From the NCBI GenBank assembly GCA_964362905.1, contig CAYIHQ010000001.1:1163-65162 (forward strand): DNA of 64,000 bases, read 5' to 3'. Below the pieces are notes generated by a model. That model saw nothing but the letters and a program-made list of their open reading frames with translations. It was not told the origin of the DNA and did not search any database. This stretch comes from an uncultured Ignavibacteriaceae bacterium (GTDB lineage Bacteria; Bacteroidota; Ignavibacteria; UBA10030). Below, piece after piece: positions 16,502 through 25,437 of this stretch. A program made the translations under genes and the position numbers. How positions within the stretch are numbered: position 1 is the first letter of the stretch; each line of letters starts with the position of its first letter.

Positions 16502-17216
16502 GCTCTCTATTCCACGTCTCACTCGCAAGGCTGACAATCCGGTCAAGACCAGCAGCTACTTCGAGCACACAATGTACTTCGCTGAAATCCGTGCGCGTGG
16601 ATATGGAGCACATTTCCAGCATTATGCCCCTATACTCAGCTTCTACATCCACCGTCTTCGTGCTGTAAGACGGAAGTCTATCGCTGAGCACTATTTGTGT
16701 GCGCGCGCCGGTGAGTAATCCTATCGCGGACTGTACAGCGGGTGTCACGGCAGCACGATAATCCGCCTTAGTAGCCATCGCGTAAATGCACTGGAACTCA
16801 ACCTGGTAAAACTCGTTGAATCGTAGCTTCGAGACACGGGCACCATCGTTGGTTTCACGGCGAAAACTCTTGCCGGATTGCCATACACACAAAGGGAGGC
16901 GTATACCCTTTATCGTCTTGAGCAGGTGTCTCGCTACGGTGTAGCTGCTAGGAGTGGTCTCTGGCCGCAGGACCATCTCGTCCCCACCCAACCTCGCGTT
17001 GAGCAGCCATACGTCGTCACCCGCGTAGGCATCGCTAATTTGGGGGCGCGGCGTAAGAATCGGACCCTCACAGCGATGGAACTGCCAGGCCGAATTGAGA
17101 GAGCGCAGAGCACCACTCACCGCGCCGAAGAGCTTTTCCGTGGCCACCTCGCGCCATGCTATCTGGTCCTCGTCCCAAAAGCGGAGGCCCCCAAACCCGT
17201 AAAGCGCCTCACTCAT
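16494..17216 (-). CDS. minimal class-II aminoacyl-tRNA-synthetase-like catalytic core (HisRS/GlyRS-type motifs, no anticodon-binding domain)
   Basis: 240 aa. Motif-1-like: FHRCEGPILTP. Motif-2-like: MVLRPETTPSSYTVAR...WQSGKSFRRETNDGARVSKLRFNEFYQVEFQ (compare LRPE.T..R...G..FR.E....R..EF.Q.E). Motif-3-like: VLEVAAGLDRIVSLA. Confidence 0.6.
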   Translation of the reverse strand: MSEALYGFGGLRFWDEDQIAWREVATEKLFGAVSGALRSLNSAWQFHRCEGPILTPRPQISDAYAGDDVWLLNARLGGDEMVLRPETTPSSYTVARHLLKTIKGIRLPLCVWQSGKSFRRETNDGARVSKLRFNEFYQVEFQCIYAMATKADYRAAVTPAVQSAIGLLTGARTQIVLSDRLPSYSTKTVDVEAEYRGIMLEMCSISTRTDFSEVHCVLEVAAGLDRIVSLASETWNREHV

Positions 17217-17585
17217 TTTGACTCGTTTTCGTCATGCCAAAAACCGCCAGGGCTTACACCTGGCTCCGGCACTACCGACCGTAGCATTCACCGGGCAATA
17301 CTGCTTTCGGAGGAGCTGGTTATGCTGGGCTCTTCCGATCACACCCCAGTACAGGGGCGTCACACCCCTGTACAGGAGCATCATCTTTTCGTACCTCTTC
17401 CCAGGTAACACACTACCAGAAGAAGCGCACCTACTCAGGTAGTAATCGCCTGAGCTGTCGCGTTGATGATGGCGGCTCCTTAGATGGATACCCAGTGTGT
17501 CGGGGGCCACCTAGCGGTAGGTGCTACCTAGCCGAAGGAGTGAGCGGGAGGATAGCTGGTAGCAGCTAGAAAACCTAGAAAAAAC
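17217..17585 (-). ncRNA. candidate structured 5' leader or non-coding RNA upstream of the aaRS-like gene
   Basis: A 369-nt gap with no convincing ORF. Several perfect stems are visible: TAGCTG/CAGCTA at 17553-17568, CTCCTT/AAGGAG at 17476-17540, CTCAGG/CCTGAG at 17434-17454, and a 12-bp stem with one mismatch at 17346-17376. A terminator-like hairpin plus T5 sits at 17239-17264. Confidence 0.35.
17239..17264 (-). terminator. terminator/attenuator-like hairpin 22 nt upstream of the aaRS-like start codon
   Basis: The minus strand reads GCCAGG-tgtaagc-CCTGGC-gg-TTTTT-gg. The stem is only 6 bp. Confidence 0.4.
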
Positions 17586-17810
17586 TCAGAGCACGCGGCG
17601 AACCAGCAGGGCGCGGGGCTCCTGCTCCAGAAGTGCCTGTGCGGCGTGTTGCCAGTCCCTTCCCTCGCCGTAAAACGGGAGGCCCCTACGATCTCGCACC
17701 TTGAGGATGCAACCGCCGTCGAATCCCCAGAATACCTCGGCCTCGCAGCTCCAACGCCGCGACGCCCACGCACAAGCCGCCGACTCTGTGCTCGGGAGTT
17801 GAGTTTCCAT
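17586..17810 (-). CDS. hypothetical protein (74 aa)
   Basis: The ORF begins 6 nt downstream of TGgTAGAAT and follows the strong terminator at 17851-17900. The product has Trp/Cys/Gly-rich globular-looking sequence. Confidence 0.5.
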   Translation of the reverse strand: METQLPSTESAACAWASRRWSCEAEVFWGFDGGCILKVRDRRGLPFYGEGRDWQHAAQALLEQEPRALLVRRVL

Positions 17811-17816
17811 GACGAG

Positions 17817-17825
17817 ATTCTACCA
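17817..17825 (-). promoter_or_regulatory. extended -10 promoter element TGgTAGAAT, 6 nt before the ATG at 17810 (leaderless-type arrangement)
   Basis: The minus strand reads ttgTGgTAGAATctcgtcATG. Confidence 0.35.
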
Positions 17826-17850
17826 CAAAAGTAGCGAGAAGTAGGGGTAG

Positions 17851-17900
17851 AAAAAAGTGGACGCCGGTTACCAGGCGTTTTTCCCTGGCTCCCGGCGTCC
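17851..17900 (-). terminator. strong composite intrinsic terminator at the end of the tail/fibre operon
   Basis: The minus strand reads GGACGCCGG-gag-CCAGG-gaaaaacg-CCTGG-taa-CCGGCGTCC-ac-TTTTTT. That is 9 + 5 bp of perfect stem followed by T6, located 40 nt after the stop at 17940. Confidence 0.7.
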
Positions 17901-17939
17901 TGGCAAGGAGAAGAGGAGGAGATCTTCCCTAGTTTCGCG

Positions 17940-18515
17940 CTACACCGTAAACGTGAACTTCCACGAGTACAGCAACTGGAATGCTGAGGTCTTGGTGATG
18001 GTCGTGTGAACCTGTCTGGCGATCATCCCACTGGTGGATGCGCTGTTGACGGAGAAGAGCCCCGCCTCTTTTAGATCCGCGCCCAGAGTCAGTGGCTCGG
18101 TCTGTGGGATCAACATGTCGAACTGTACCCCATTCACCGGAGTACCGAGAAAGCTCTTCCCCGTGAAGGCAAAGCGTGCTCCTGCAATAGCTCCCTGAAG
18201 ATCCGTCTGGTTGACATCGGCGGCTACAAGGGACGTACCTACTCCAATTTTCCCCGGCTGGAGTGTGGCGTAGCTCTCCGGTGTCGAGGGGCCTCCCCAG
18301 ACATAGGCCAGGATCGTGAATCCCTGGTTCACGATGAGATTCGACTTCTCGACCAGAAGCTCTTTTTCACCCCCCGGAAAGATCCGAGCGATAGACAGCT
18401 CGCCCCGCACGCGGATGACCCTATCGGTGTCAGAAGCGGGGGTCTCAGCCCTACGATCAGCAATCGTATCCATGGCACGAACAAACTCCTCGACCTTCAC
18501 GTTGGCTTGGCTCAT
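17940..18515 (-). CDS. virion structural protein, distal tail/fibre-associated (191 aa; function unknown)
   Basis: The track ORF was trimmed to the ATG at 18515 (MSQANVKVEEF...), which makes an ATGA overlap with the stop of the 1017-aa fibre gene. It is the last gene of the tail operon. Confidence 0.55.
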   Translation of the reverse strand: MSQANVKVEEFVRAMDTIADRRAETPASDTDRVIRVRGELSIARIFPGGEKELLVEKSNLIVNQGFTILAYVWGGPSTPESYATLQPGKIGVGTSLVAADVNQTDLQGAIAGARFAFTGKSFLGTPVNGVQFDMLIPQTEPLTLGADLKEAGLFSVNSASTSGMIARQVHTTITKTSAFQLLYSWKFTFTV

Positions 18516-21500
18516 AGCTTCATCGCAATTCCCACAATCGTCAGCTCTGTGATCTTGTGGTAGTAGCCATTCAAAAAGAACACTCGCAGGTCCAGCACGG
18601 CGCCATTCGGGTTGGTGGACACACCGTTCGGACACCTGTACATGACTGCAAGGCCACTCCCTGTCGCTGGCGGCCCGTTGCGGAAGAGCACCTTGCTGGC
18701 CGTCACACTCCAGGTGATAGACCACCCGGCAGCACTGGGAAGCGTAGTAGTCTGGTAGGTCGTCAGGCTGGGCCAAGCTACATTGAAACCGACTGGATCA
18801 TCTTGCGCGGAAGAAAAGCCATTGCCTGCCAAGTTGGTGACATCCACCACCAGGGACCAAATAGCCTGCACGCCCCGAGTGGTCGCGGGTGAGGACCAGA
18901 AGTGCTTGACGTTCGCGTGGTCCAGATCAAAGGTCAGCTTACGCGCAGATATGTCAATCCCCAGCACCAGATCATTCTTCGCCTCGAAGACCAGGGGAGT
19001 CTGAGGAGTGCAATCCGTGATGAGACCACTCTGCTGATACGCCTGGATCGCCACGATTGCATCCCGGAGGCGTGCCCCACTGACAGGGGGCAGACCGGGG
19101 AGAGAAGAGAGCGCTCCGAAGGACCAGCCACCATGGGCCTGGAAGTTCTGGACCAAGAGGGACTTCGCTGGGAAGCCCCCACTCGTATTGACCGCCGTAC
19201 CCACCATTCCACAGTAGGTGTTACCCGCGTTGACCGAGCCTCCTCCATCATCGAAGGTGTGGATCAGCGGGTTGAGCACCGGATCCACCTCATTGGCCAC
19301 CTTGCCCGCCGGTGTGGCTACGGACTCCTTCTGCACCCAGTTGTGGCGCGCATTGGACCCGCCCCAGAAGACCTTGTGGTTACGAACACCATCGTACTCG
19401 ACACGGAGGGTGGAGAAGACGCCTCGAAGTGGCGGGTCCACAGTGAAGGTGCTACGGACCACGGCACTGCCAGTACCCGTACGCTCCCGGATCTCACCAA
19501 CCCCATTTCCACGGATCACACAGAGGAATCCGAAGTCAGTGTTGATCGTACCATCCCCTTGGTTCTTAGCCCCATAGATGAGACCGAACTCTGGGATATT
19601 CCCGCTCTGCACCCAGCTATCTACACCTACCTCCGCAGAGACAATCAGATCACTGAGCACGGACCAAGCGATGTAGACGGTGTAGCCCGCAGGTGGGGGA
19701 GTAGAGAAAGTGATACTACCCTTACCCGTAGTCAAATCAACAGTGCTCAGAGCCTGATTGATGTTGGTGCCGATGATCTGCGCTACCGGAGTCGCCCGGT
19801 TGTCCAGACCATCTGCCCACGTCAATGTGCCATTACCCACCGAGACGTAGATGCTACCGACACGAATACCCGTACCTATGGGTTGGAGTTTGAGTGCATC
19901 GGTAGTGAAATCAAATTGGGATTGTAACCCATTTGCTGCGAATGTCGTCTGGTGCCCCGCAGCACGCCGGTAGACACAGCGATCCTCCACACCGGCACCC
20001 GCACCCCCCACGTAGACCGAGGTATTGGAGCCAATGGTTACAAACTTGGTAGCACTCTGCGTCCACTTGACGCCCTCTGTAGATGGGGCGAGCTTCGTGA
20101 GATCCTGGATTGCGAAGTTATCGAACCGTGGATAGGGTCCAAATAGATTGCGAGCGTTAGACGCCTCGCTGGCGTGCTTCGGATACGTGGTGTTGGGCCA
20201 AGCGGGATCCCGTGCATCCACCAGCGTGACGACATCACCCTCACGCCCGGCTGTAATGTGCTTGCCCGTCGAAGCGAGGGGCACCGGCACATAGTCGTCC
20301 CCCACAGTGACTAGGCGGTAGCGGTCGAGCCCCCGGTCGAAGGACACCGGGTACTCCCACCCCGGAGCCGCGCGTCGCCAGCCCGGGGCCTTCCCCTCCC
20401 GGTATACCCAGAGCGCCCCCTCCGTCTTGGACATGCGGATCTCCCCGTCCACCACCCCCGTGGTCGGGAGGTAAAGCCGCTCCTCCAGAGTCAGACCCCA
20501 GGGACCAACCCCGGCTCCACTGCGATCGTTGACACCACGCAGGAACGCACGAGTCCAACCCTCGCCATAGAAAGTGATGGGCAGCCGATCCGCATAGCGC
20601 CCACCCTCCCCCCGGGAGAAGCCAAAAATCTGCTTCACCGCGTCATCTAGCTGGTAGGCCCCACTCACCAGCTCGCTGAAGAGCACACGACAGGCTGACC
20701 CCTTGTCCGGCGCTGTGTTGGCACCAGAAACCACTTCGAGATAGTTTCCTGCCCCATTCTTCTGCACCACCCGTGCCGGCCCAACCGAGTAGGCCGCAAA
20801 CCACGGGCTGTTTGCCACGAAGGCAGCGTTGATCTTGTCGCGGATCTCCGTGACAGTGGTAGCCACTGCGGTGGCTCCCTGGCAGTCGATGTTGAGTGGT
20901 CCAAAGGTTCCCAGCGGGGTGGTGATCTTGATGCGCAGATAGCGAACGATGGAGAGATCAACCGGATTGGTCAGGTCCACCTCAGAGGTGGCAGTAGCTG
21001 GCGTGTTGGAGTACAGCAAGTAGTCGTATTTGCTGGCCCCCGTGTTGTACCAAGGAGTGCCCTCCAGAGTAGTAGCCCCGGTCACCGTGTAGGGTACTGC
21101 CAGGCCCCGGCTGGCCACACCGAAGATCATATCCAGCGCATCCGCGGAGCTGCCATTATTCAGCGTGATGGTCGCCGTGGTACCCGCAGTAGGCGTCCTC
21201 AGCAAGATATACGCCGAGCTGTCATACGCTTGGGCATCGTAGACGAAGGCCACGGTACCAATGCTGCTGAACGCGGAGTTGATAGCCGATACCGCCTCGG
21301 TGGGGGTCACCGCCGTGATGCTGACTGCTTGTGACCGCAGGTTCACCGTCTGTGCCACACCGTTGATGGTGAGATGCACATTGTACTTGGTGGACATGTC
21401 GATGCGCGCAAATCGCACATCGCTGACGATCTGCGCCGGGATCGCCGGAGTCTGGCTGCCCGCATGCCCCGTGGCCACGGCCTTCAGGAGATCCCGAAGA

Positions 21501-21565
21501 ACCTTGGAGGCCACACCCTCGCCACTCCGGGGAATCTGCGGATCAAAGACGGTCAAGCTAGTCAT
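18512..21565 (-). CDS. large tail fibre / distal baseplate protein (1017 aa)
   Basis: It follows the gpJ- and gpI-like genes, the canonical fibre position in P2/Mu-type clusters. The composition is Gly/Thr/Ser/Val-rich beta-type. No specific domain recognised. Confidence 0.55.
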   Translation of the reverse strand: MTSLTVFDPQIPRSGEGVASKVLRDLLKAVATGHAGSQTPAIPAQIVSDVRFARIDMSTKYNVHLTINGVAQTVNLRSQAVSITAVTPTEAVSAINSAFSSIGTVAFVYDAQAYDSSAYILLRTPTAGTTATITLNNGSSADALDMIFGVASRGLAVPYTVTGATTLEGTPWYNTGASKYDYLLYSNTPATATSEVDLTNPVDLSIVRYLRIKITTPLGTFGPLNIDCQGATAVATTVTEIRDKINAAFVANSPWFAAYSVGPARVVQKNGAGNYLEVVSGANTAPDKGSACRVLFSELVSGAYQLDDAVKQIFGFSRGEGGRYADRLPITFYGEGWTRAFLRGVNDRSGAGVGPWGLTLEERLYLPTTGVVDGEIRMSKTEGALWVYREGKAPGWRRAAPGWEYPVSFDRGLDRYRLVTVGDDYVPVPLASTGKHITAGREGDVVTLVDARDPAWPNTTYPKHASEASNARNLFGPYPRFDNFAIQDLTKLAPSTEGVKWTQSATKFVTIGSNTSVYVGGAGAGVEDRCVYRRAAGHQTTFAANGLQSQFDFTTDALKLQPIGTGIRVGSIYVSVGNGTLTWADGLDNRATPVAQIIGTNINQALSTVDLTTGKGSITFSTPPPAGYTVYIAWSVLSDLIVSAEVGVDSWVQSGNIPEFGLIYGAKNQGDGTINTDFGFLCVIRGNGVGEIRERTGTGSAVVRSTFTVDPPLRGVFSTLRVEYDGVRNHKVFWGGSNARHNWVQKESVATPAGKVANEVDPVLNPLIHTFDDGGGSVNAGNTYCGMVGTAVNTSGGFPAKSLLVQNFQAHGGWSFGALSSLPGLPPVSGARLRDAIVAIQAYQQSGLITDCTPQTPLVFEAKNDLVLGIDISARKLTFDLDHANVKHFWSSPATTRGVQAIWSLVVDVTNLAGNGFSSAQDDPVGFNVAWPSLTTYQTTTLPSAAGWSITWSVTASKVLFRNGPPATGSGLAVMYRCPNGVSTNPNGAVLDLRVFFLNGYYHKITELTIVGIAMKL

Positions 21566-21567
21566 CG

Positions 21568-23475
21568 TCAGACACCACTGTGAAGAACCTTGCCAATATC
21601 ACACCGCAGTAGCCCGATCGGGGGGCCTGAGCTGCCGAGATCCGTGGGGGATACGCTTGGATCCGGCACGGTGCCATTGTAGCGGCAGCCAATATCATAA
21701 CGACCGGGCGTCCGGATTACCAGGGGCTGCGCTACCTTGGTAGCCTCTGTCAAGAGCGAGACGGGGACCACCCCAATAGGAGTACCGATGAACACCTCAA
21801 CCACATGCACGGACTCTGACGGAATCAGAGTCCAGGCCATGCTATAGGCTTCAGTCGCCTTGACAACCTCGTCAATCTCCTCCAAGAAACCTACGAGTAG
21901 GATCTCGATGTGGATAGGTAGCACCTGATCCACCTTACCGATGATTCGAGACAGGAGCTGGCCAGAGAATGCGACCTTGGGATGTAGTCGCTTCAGAAAT
22001 ATGGAGATATCCGAATCTGGGATCCGTGCCGTATCACGCCCCGGCGGCATGAGATAGGATGAGGGCACGCTGTCCTCACCAAAGCCCGTTTCGATAAAGG
22101 GCGTTACGGTGCTCCACGGATGCTGTGTGTGAGCCGGAGAGTCACTACCCGGTCCGACCGCAACCCGTGGGGGCGCATGCGTGTAGTTAGAAGCATGCTC
22201 CAGGATCGAGGAAGACAGCCCAAAAGTCCGGCAGATGAGGTCTATGGCCCTGGCCGTACCCTTCAGCTTGTAGAAGTTGAACGCCTGCCGGATCTGCTCC
22301 CGCTGTAGCTCCTCGGGATCCAGTGCATCAAGAGAGTACCCAAGCTGTCGCGCCAGGTACGCCAGCGAAACATAGTGATTCGAGATCCCGATGTAAGTCG
22401 ATGGGTCGGGAGGGAAATCGAAGGGTCTGCCCTCTCGGGTCTGCGGATCCCACACATAGGCTACGTGCTTGGCAGGCACAGAGGTGGCATCGTAGACCGA
22501 CCTGATGATCTTTCGTACCTCAATAGGATAGGTGTAGGACTTATCTGAAGGCCCCGAGACAACGCGTACCCAACGATCCTTGTAGAAGTCATTCGAGGTG
22601 GAGATCCCACTGTTATCCGGGGGAACCAAGCGAAACCAGTTGCCAAACGTAGGCTTCGCCGGTGTCGGATACGCGCTGTCCACTGTAAGCAGCAGCGTGG
22701 ATCCCGTGTAGTCCACAATGGTCTTCTTGATCCCCGCTGAAGGACCATCAAAGAACTCAAGAAGCCAACCGTTATAATAGTCGTCTGCCTGGCTGATGTA
22801 GAAGTGTGCAGGCAGACGCACCTGCGTGCTCGTCAGGCTCGTCTGATTCGGGAGAATCGTACCATCAGAGCGGTTTGGGTCGGAGACGATCGGAACCGGC
22901 AGGTAGATTCGATCGGGGAAGCAGAGGACCAGCACTCCGGAAGTTGGTAGCGTGGTCCAGGGTATGTCCAACGTAGCCACTTTCGTCGTGCCGTCGTAGT
23001 CAACAACACGGCGATATTGTGTCTCCGGAGCATCCGAGGCATTATCTATCAGAATATAGAAGCCGAAGCCCACGTAGAAGTCATCACCCGCAACACCCGG
23101 GGGCGTGCCATTCAGTGTGATTGTGGTGGAAGTCGCCGCCGTGTAGGGCAGTAGCTGCTCAATGTGATGAAATGTAGCGTTACCCCGCAGGATGAACCTG
23201 TTGTTGATCCCACGCGGGTCCACCAGCATCAGAACATCCGTGATGGAGTTCTTGTGCCGATCATACTCGTCCTGTACGGCCCCGAAGAAGCTCTGTAGGG
23301 CCTTGAGTGGGTCTCCTCCACTTCGTACGTATTCAGGAAGTAGCTCAAAGACCCGGGTGGATACGATGTCCGCACGGGTCAGAGTCTGCTGAATCTGCTT
23401 CGGCGTGTAGCTCCGTGGTGTAGGAGTGGGTGTGGGGTAGGGATTCGGCAGCGGTGGTACGGAGAGTGTGGTCAC
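21568..23475 (-). CDS. baseplate wedge protein, P2 gpI / Mu gp48-like, with a large insertion or extension
   Basis: N-terminal ELLPEYVRSGGDPLKAL, and later LARQLGYSLDAL..EELQREQIRQAFNFYKLKGTARAIDLICRTFG, resemble the gpI signature (LLP...LE ... R..i...h.KGT..a.....lG). It lies immediately downstream of gpJ with a 4-nt overlap. Confidence 0.55.
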   Translation of the reverse strand: MTTLSVPPLPNPYPTPTPTPRSYTPKQIQQTLTRADIVSTRVFELLPEYVRSGGDPLKALQSFFGAVQDEYDRHKNSITDVLMLVDPRGINNRFILRGNATFHHIEQLLPYTAATSTTITLNGTPPGVAGDDFYVGFGFYILIDNASDAPETQYRRVVDYDGTTKVATLDIPWTTLPTSGVLVLCFPDRIYLPVPIVSDPNRSDGTILPNQTSLTSTQVRLPAHFYISQADDYYNGWLLEFFDGPSAGIKKTIVDYTGSTLLLTVDSAYPTPAKPTFGNWFRLVPPDNSGISTSNDFYKDRWVRVVSGPSDKSYTYPIEVRKIIRSVYDATSVPAKHVAYVWDPQTREGRPFDFPPDPSTYIGISNHYVSLAYLARQLGYSLDALDPEELQREQIRQAFNFYKLKGTARAIDLICRTFGLSSSILEHASNYTHAPPRVAVGPGSDSPAHTQHPWSTVTPFIETGFGEDSVPSSYLMPPGRDTARIPDSDISIFLKRLHPKVAFSGQLLSRIIGKVDQVLPIHIEILLVGFLEEIDEVVKATEAYSMAWTLIPSESVHVVEVFIGTPIGVVPVSLLTEATKVAQPLVIRTPGRYDIGCRYNGTVPDPSVSPTDLGSSGPPIGLLRCDIGKVLHSGV

Positions 23476-25433
23476 GTCACCACCTCGATGGTCACCACAC
23501 CCTGGACAAGCGCCTGGGAGTCGATCACTCGATAGTCAGGCGTGATCTTGAACTTCAGGCCCGCAGTGGGTGTGGTCGTCCAATCCTTGTCCACCACAGC
23601 AATCTGGTTGGCTCCGTCATAGTCGATGATTGCACGATCCTGGCTGTTCCCAGGAGAAGAAGAATCATCCACGAGCAGAACGCGGCTGTTGTAGTAATCA
23701 TCAACCGTTGAAACCTTTCCGGTCACGAAACGCACACGCCGAGGGTGCGTAATGAAATACACCTGTCCCTGACTGATCGGAGGAGACCACACGGCCTCTA
23801 CCTTGGCCAGCACCAGACCAGCACCGTAGCTGACCCCAGAGTCGATCACACGGAGAACCTGGCTCCCCACCTGCACTCGGTAGTTCACGTAGTAGTCAGC
23901 TTGGCGGGCGACCCCAGGAGACAGGATCACCTCATCCACCTGGATACCCGTCAGGTCGGGTAGCACCCCCTTCTCGATATCCGTAGTCAAGTCCTCCACT
24001 ACTGTGGGATCCGGCTTGCGTACGTGTACCCAGTTTATGCCCAGCACGCTCTGCACCGCAGAGTAGATCCAGCTCGTACGCAGCTCGTTCCCGTAGAGAA
24101 CCCTAGACTCCTGAAACAGGCTAGAGATTGCAGAGGCTATCGCAGCGGTCGTGAGCGTCTTGTCGAAACCCTGATCGAGGCGTACCAGCACATCCACGTC
24201 GATCGGGATATTCACACCATCCTGGATTGGTGCGATCCACACTGCGAGAGTCCTTCGAGTTTCTAGGAAGTTCCGCAGCGAGTCCTTCAGCGAGGTACCG
24301 GCCTTGCCCAGAGCACCCGATGAGTCGTAGGCCCAGGTGTAGACAGTAACCGTATTGCTAATCCCATCCGTGGGATCCGCGATAATCCCTGCCTTGGCAA
24401 TGGTACCATTCGCCGTATCCGTGTAGCCATTACAGAGCGTGAAGTAATCCAGATAGGTTACAGCGCGATCCGTAGTGCGTGCCCATTGGGGTGCAAAGAC
24501 ACGCGCGTGATCCACCGTCTCCCGATCGGCTCCCCCTGTCGCCTTGCCCTGGTTAGCGGCCCCGATGGAGATGCTGTCCGTCCCATTGTGTACCGCAGCA
24601 AGCGCCTGATTGATCACCCCTGCCGCTACGTTTCCCACGGCACCCCCACCAACACGATAGGTGAGCACCACCTGGCTACCCGACACCGGCACGTCCCCGG
24701 CAACACCGTCTCCGAAGCGCGCTGTCGGACGGTCATCCTTGTCGAGCAGTATCTCGTAGATTTTGCTGTTCGTTGGAAGGGCGCTGTCCCCGAGAACAAG
24801 GGAGTCCACCAGTGTCCAGGGCACACCGGCGACCGTGGTAGCCAGACTCCCGTCAATCAGGGGTGCCCGTGAGAGCGTCAGCTCCATGAACTTGGCGCCG
24901 TTCGCCGTGAAGGTGTCCACCACGGTCTCCCCGTGGACCGCGGTAACAAAGGGAGAAATCCCGTACTGTAGGCCATTTACGGTGTAGGTATAGTTAGGCG
25001 AGGTGCCCTGCCGCTGAATTGTGTAAGCCTTATCCAGCTCGAAAATCTGCTCCCCTGCGGAAGCCTGTGCTCCCTTGGCGAACACCACGGGGCCTGCATA
25101 CGTGGAGAGTGCCGTGGTGTCGAGAAGCAGGATCACACTGGAAGCAGAGGCCCCAGCGAGCTTGTAACCCAAAAGCGCCGCCAAGCGGATAACCGATTGA
25201 CGCTCTCTCGCGGTCTCGATGTAAACCTCGTTCACCTGCCGATCCAGCATATAGCTCAAAATCGCATAGCTGTAGGAGACAATCTCCAGCATTGCGATTC
25301 CGAGCTGCGACTCACTGAAGTCCGTGAAGTCATCTGGAAACCTCTGCTTCAGGTAATCAACCAACGAGGCTTTTATGGCCTCGAAGTCGCGCGACGTAAA
25401 GTCGATGAAGGGAAGAGGTTGAGAGAATTGCAT
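23472..25433 (-). CDS. baseplate protein J (P2 gpJ / T4 gp6-like)
   Basis: N-terminal FIDFTSRDFEAIKASLVDYLKQRFPDDFTDFSESQLGIAMLEIVSYSYAILSYMLDRQVNEVYIETA is typical of Baseplate_J proteins. It is positioned after the gp25-like gene. Confidence 0.8.
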   Translation of the reverse strand: MQFSQPLPFIDFTSRDFEAIKASLVDYLKQRFPDDFTDFSESQLGIAMLEIVSYSYAILSYMLDRQVNEVYIETARERQSVIRLAALLGYKLAGASASSVILLLDTTALSTYAGPVVFAKGAQASAGEQIFELDKAYTIQRQGTSPNYTYTVNGLQYGISPFVTAVHGETVVDTFTANGAKFMELTLSRAPLIDGSLATTVAGVPWTLVDSLVLGDSALPTNSKIYEILLDKDDRPTARFGDGVAGDVPVSGSQVVLTYRVGGGAVGNVAAGVINQALAAVHNGTDSISIGAANQGKATGGADRETVDHARVFAPQWARTTDRAVTYLDYFTLCNGYTDTANGTIAKAGIIADPTDGISNTVTVYTWAYDSSGALGKAGTSLKDSLRNFLETRRTLAVWIAPIQDGVNIPIDVDVLVRLDQGFDKTLTTAAIASAISSLFQESRVLYGNELRTSWIYSAVQSVLGINWVHVRKPDPTVVEDLTTDIEKGVLPDLTGIQVDEVILSPGVARQADYYVNYRVQVGSQVLRVIDSGVSYGAGLVLAKVEAVWSPPISQGQVYFITHPRRVRFVTGKVSTVDDYYNSRVLLVDDSSSPGNSQDRAIIDYDGANQIAVVDKDWTTTPTAGLKFKITPDYRVIDSQALVQGVVTIEVVT

Positions 25434-25437
25434 CTGT

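Noticed and set aside
3320-17216. A functional link between the SSB poly-proline run and the aaRS-like gene (an EpmA/PoxA-type EF-P modifier)
   Set aside because: The motif 2 sequence is of the HisRS/GlyRS (class IIa) type, not the LysRS/EpmA type, and nothing else supports the link.
17232-17510. 92-aa ORF (and 17528-17773, 81 aa) inside or overlapping the structured gap
   Set aside because: The composition is Arg/Ser/His-rich and motif-free. The reading frame runs straight through perfect hairpins (YRGVTPLYWGV is the translation of a stem). There is no coupling to neighbours.
17217-17585. A tRNA gene or a canonical T-box riboswitch in the structured gap upstream of the aaRS-like gene
   Set aside because: I could not fold a cloverleaf on either strand. 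There is no GTTCRANYC T-loop with a matching stem, and the 7-nt loops lack U33. The nearest T-box-like string (GGTAGTGCCGG) lacks the UGGN that pairs with the tRNA NCCA end. Only a generic structured leader or ncRNA is therefore claimed.
481-21565. A diversity-generating retroelement acting on the fibre genes
   Set aside because: There is no reverse transcriptase gene and no template/variable repeat pair with adenine-specific differences. The repeats seen are in-frame protein repeats.
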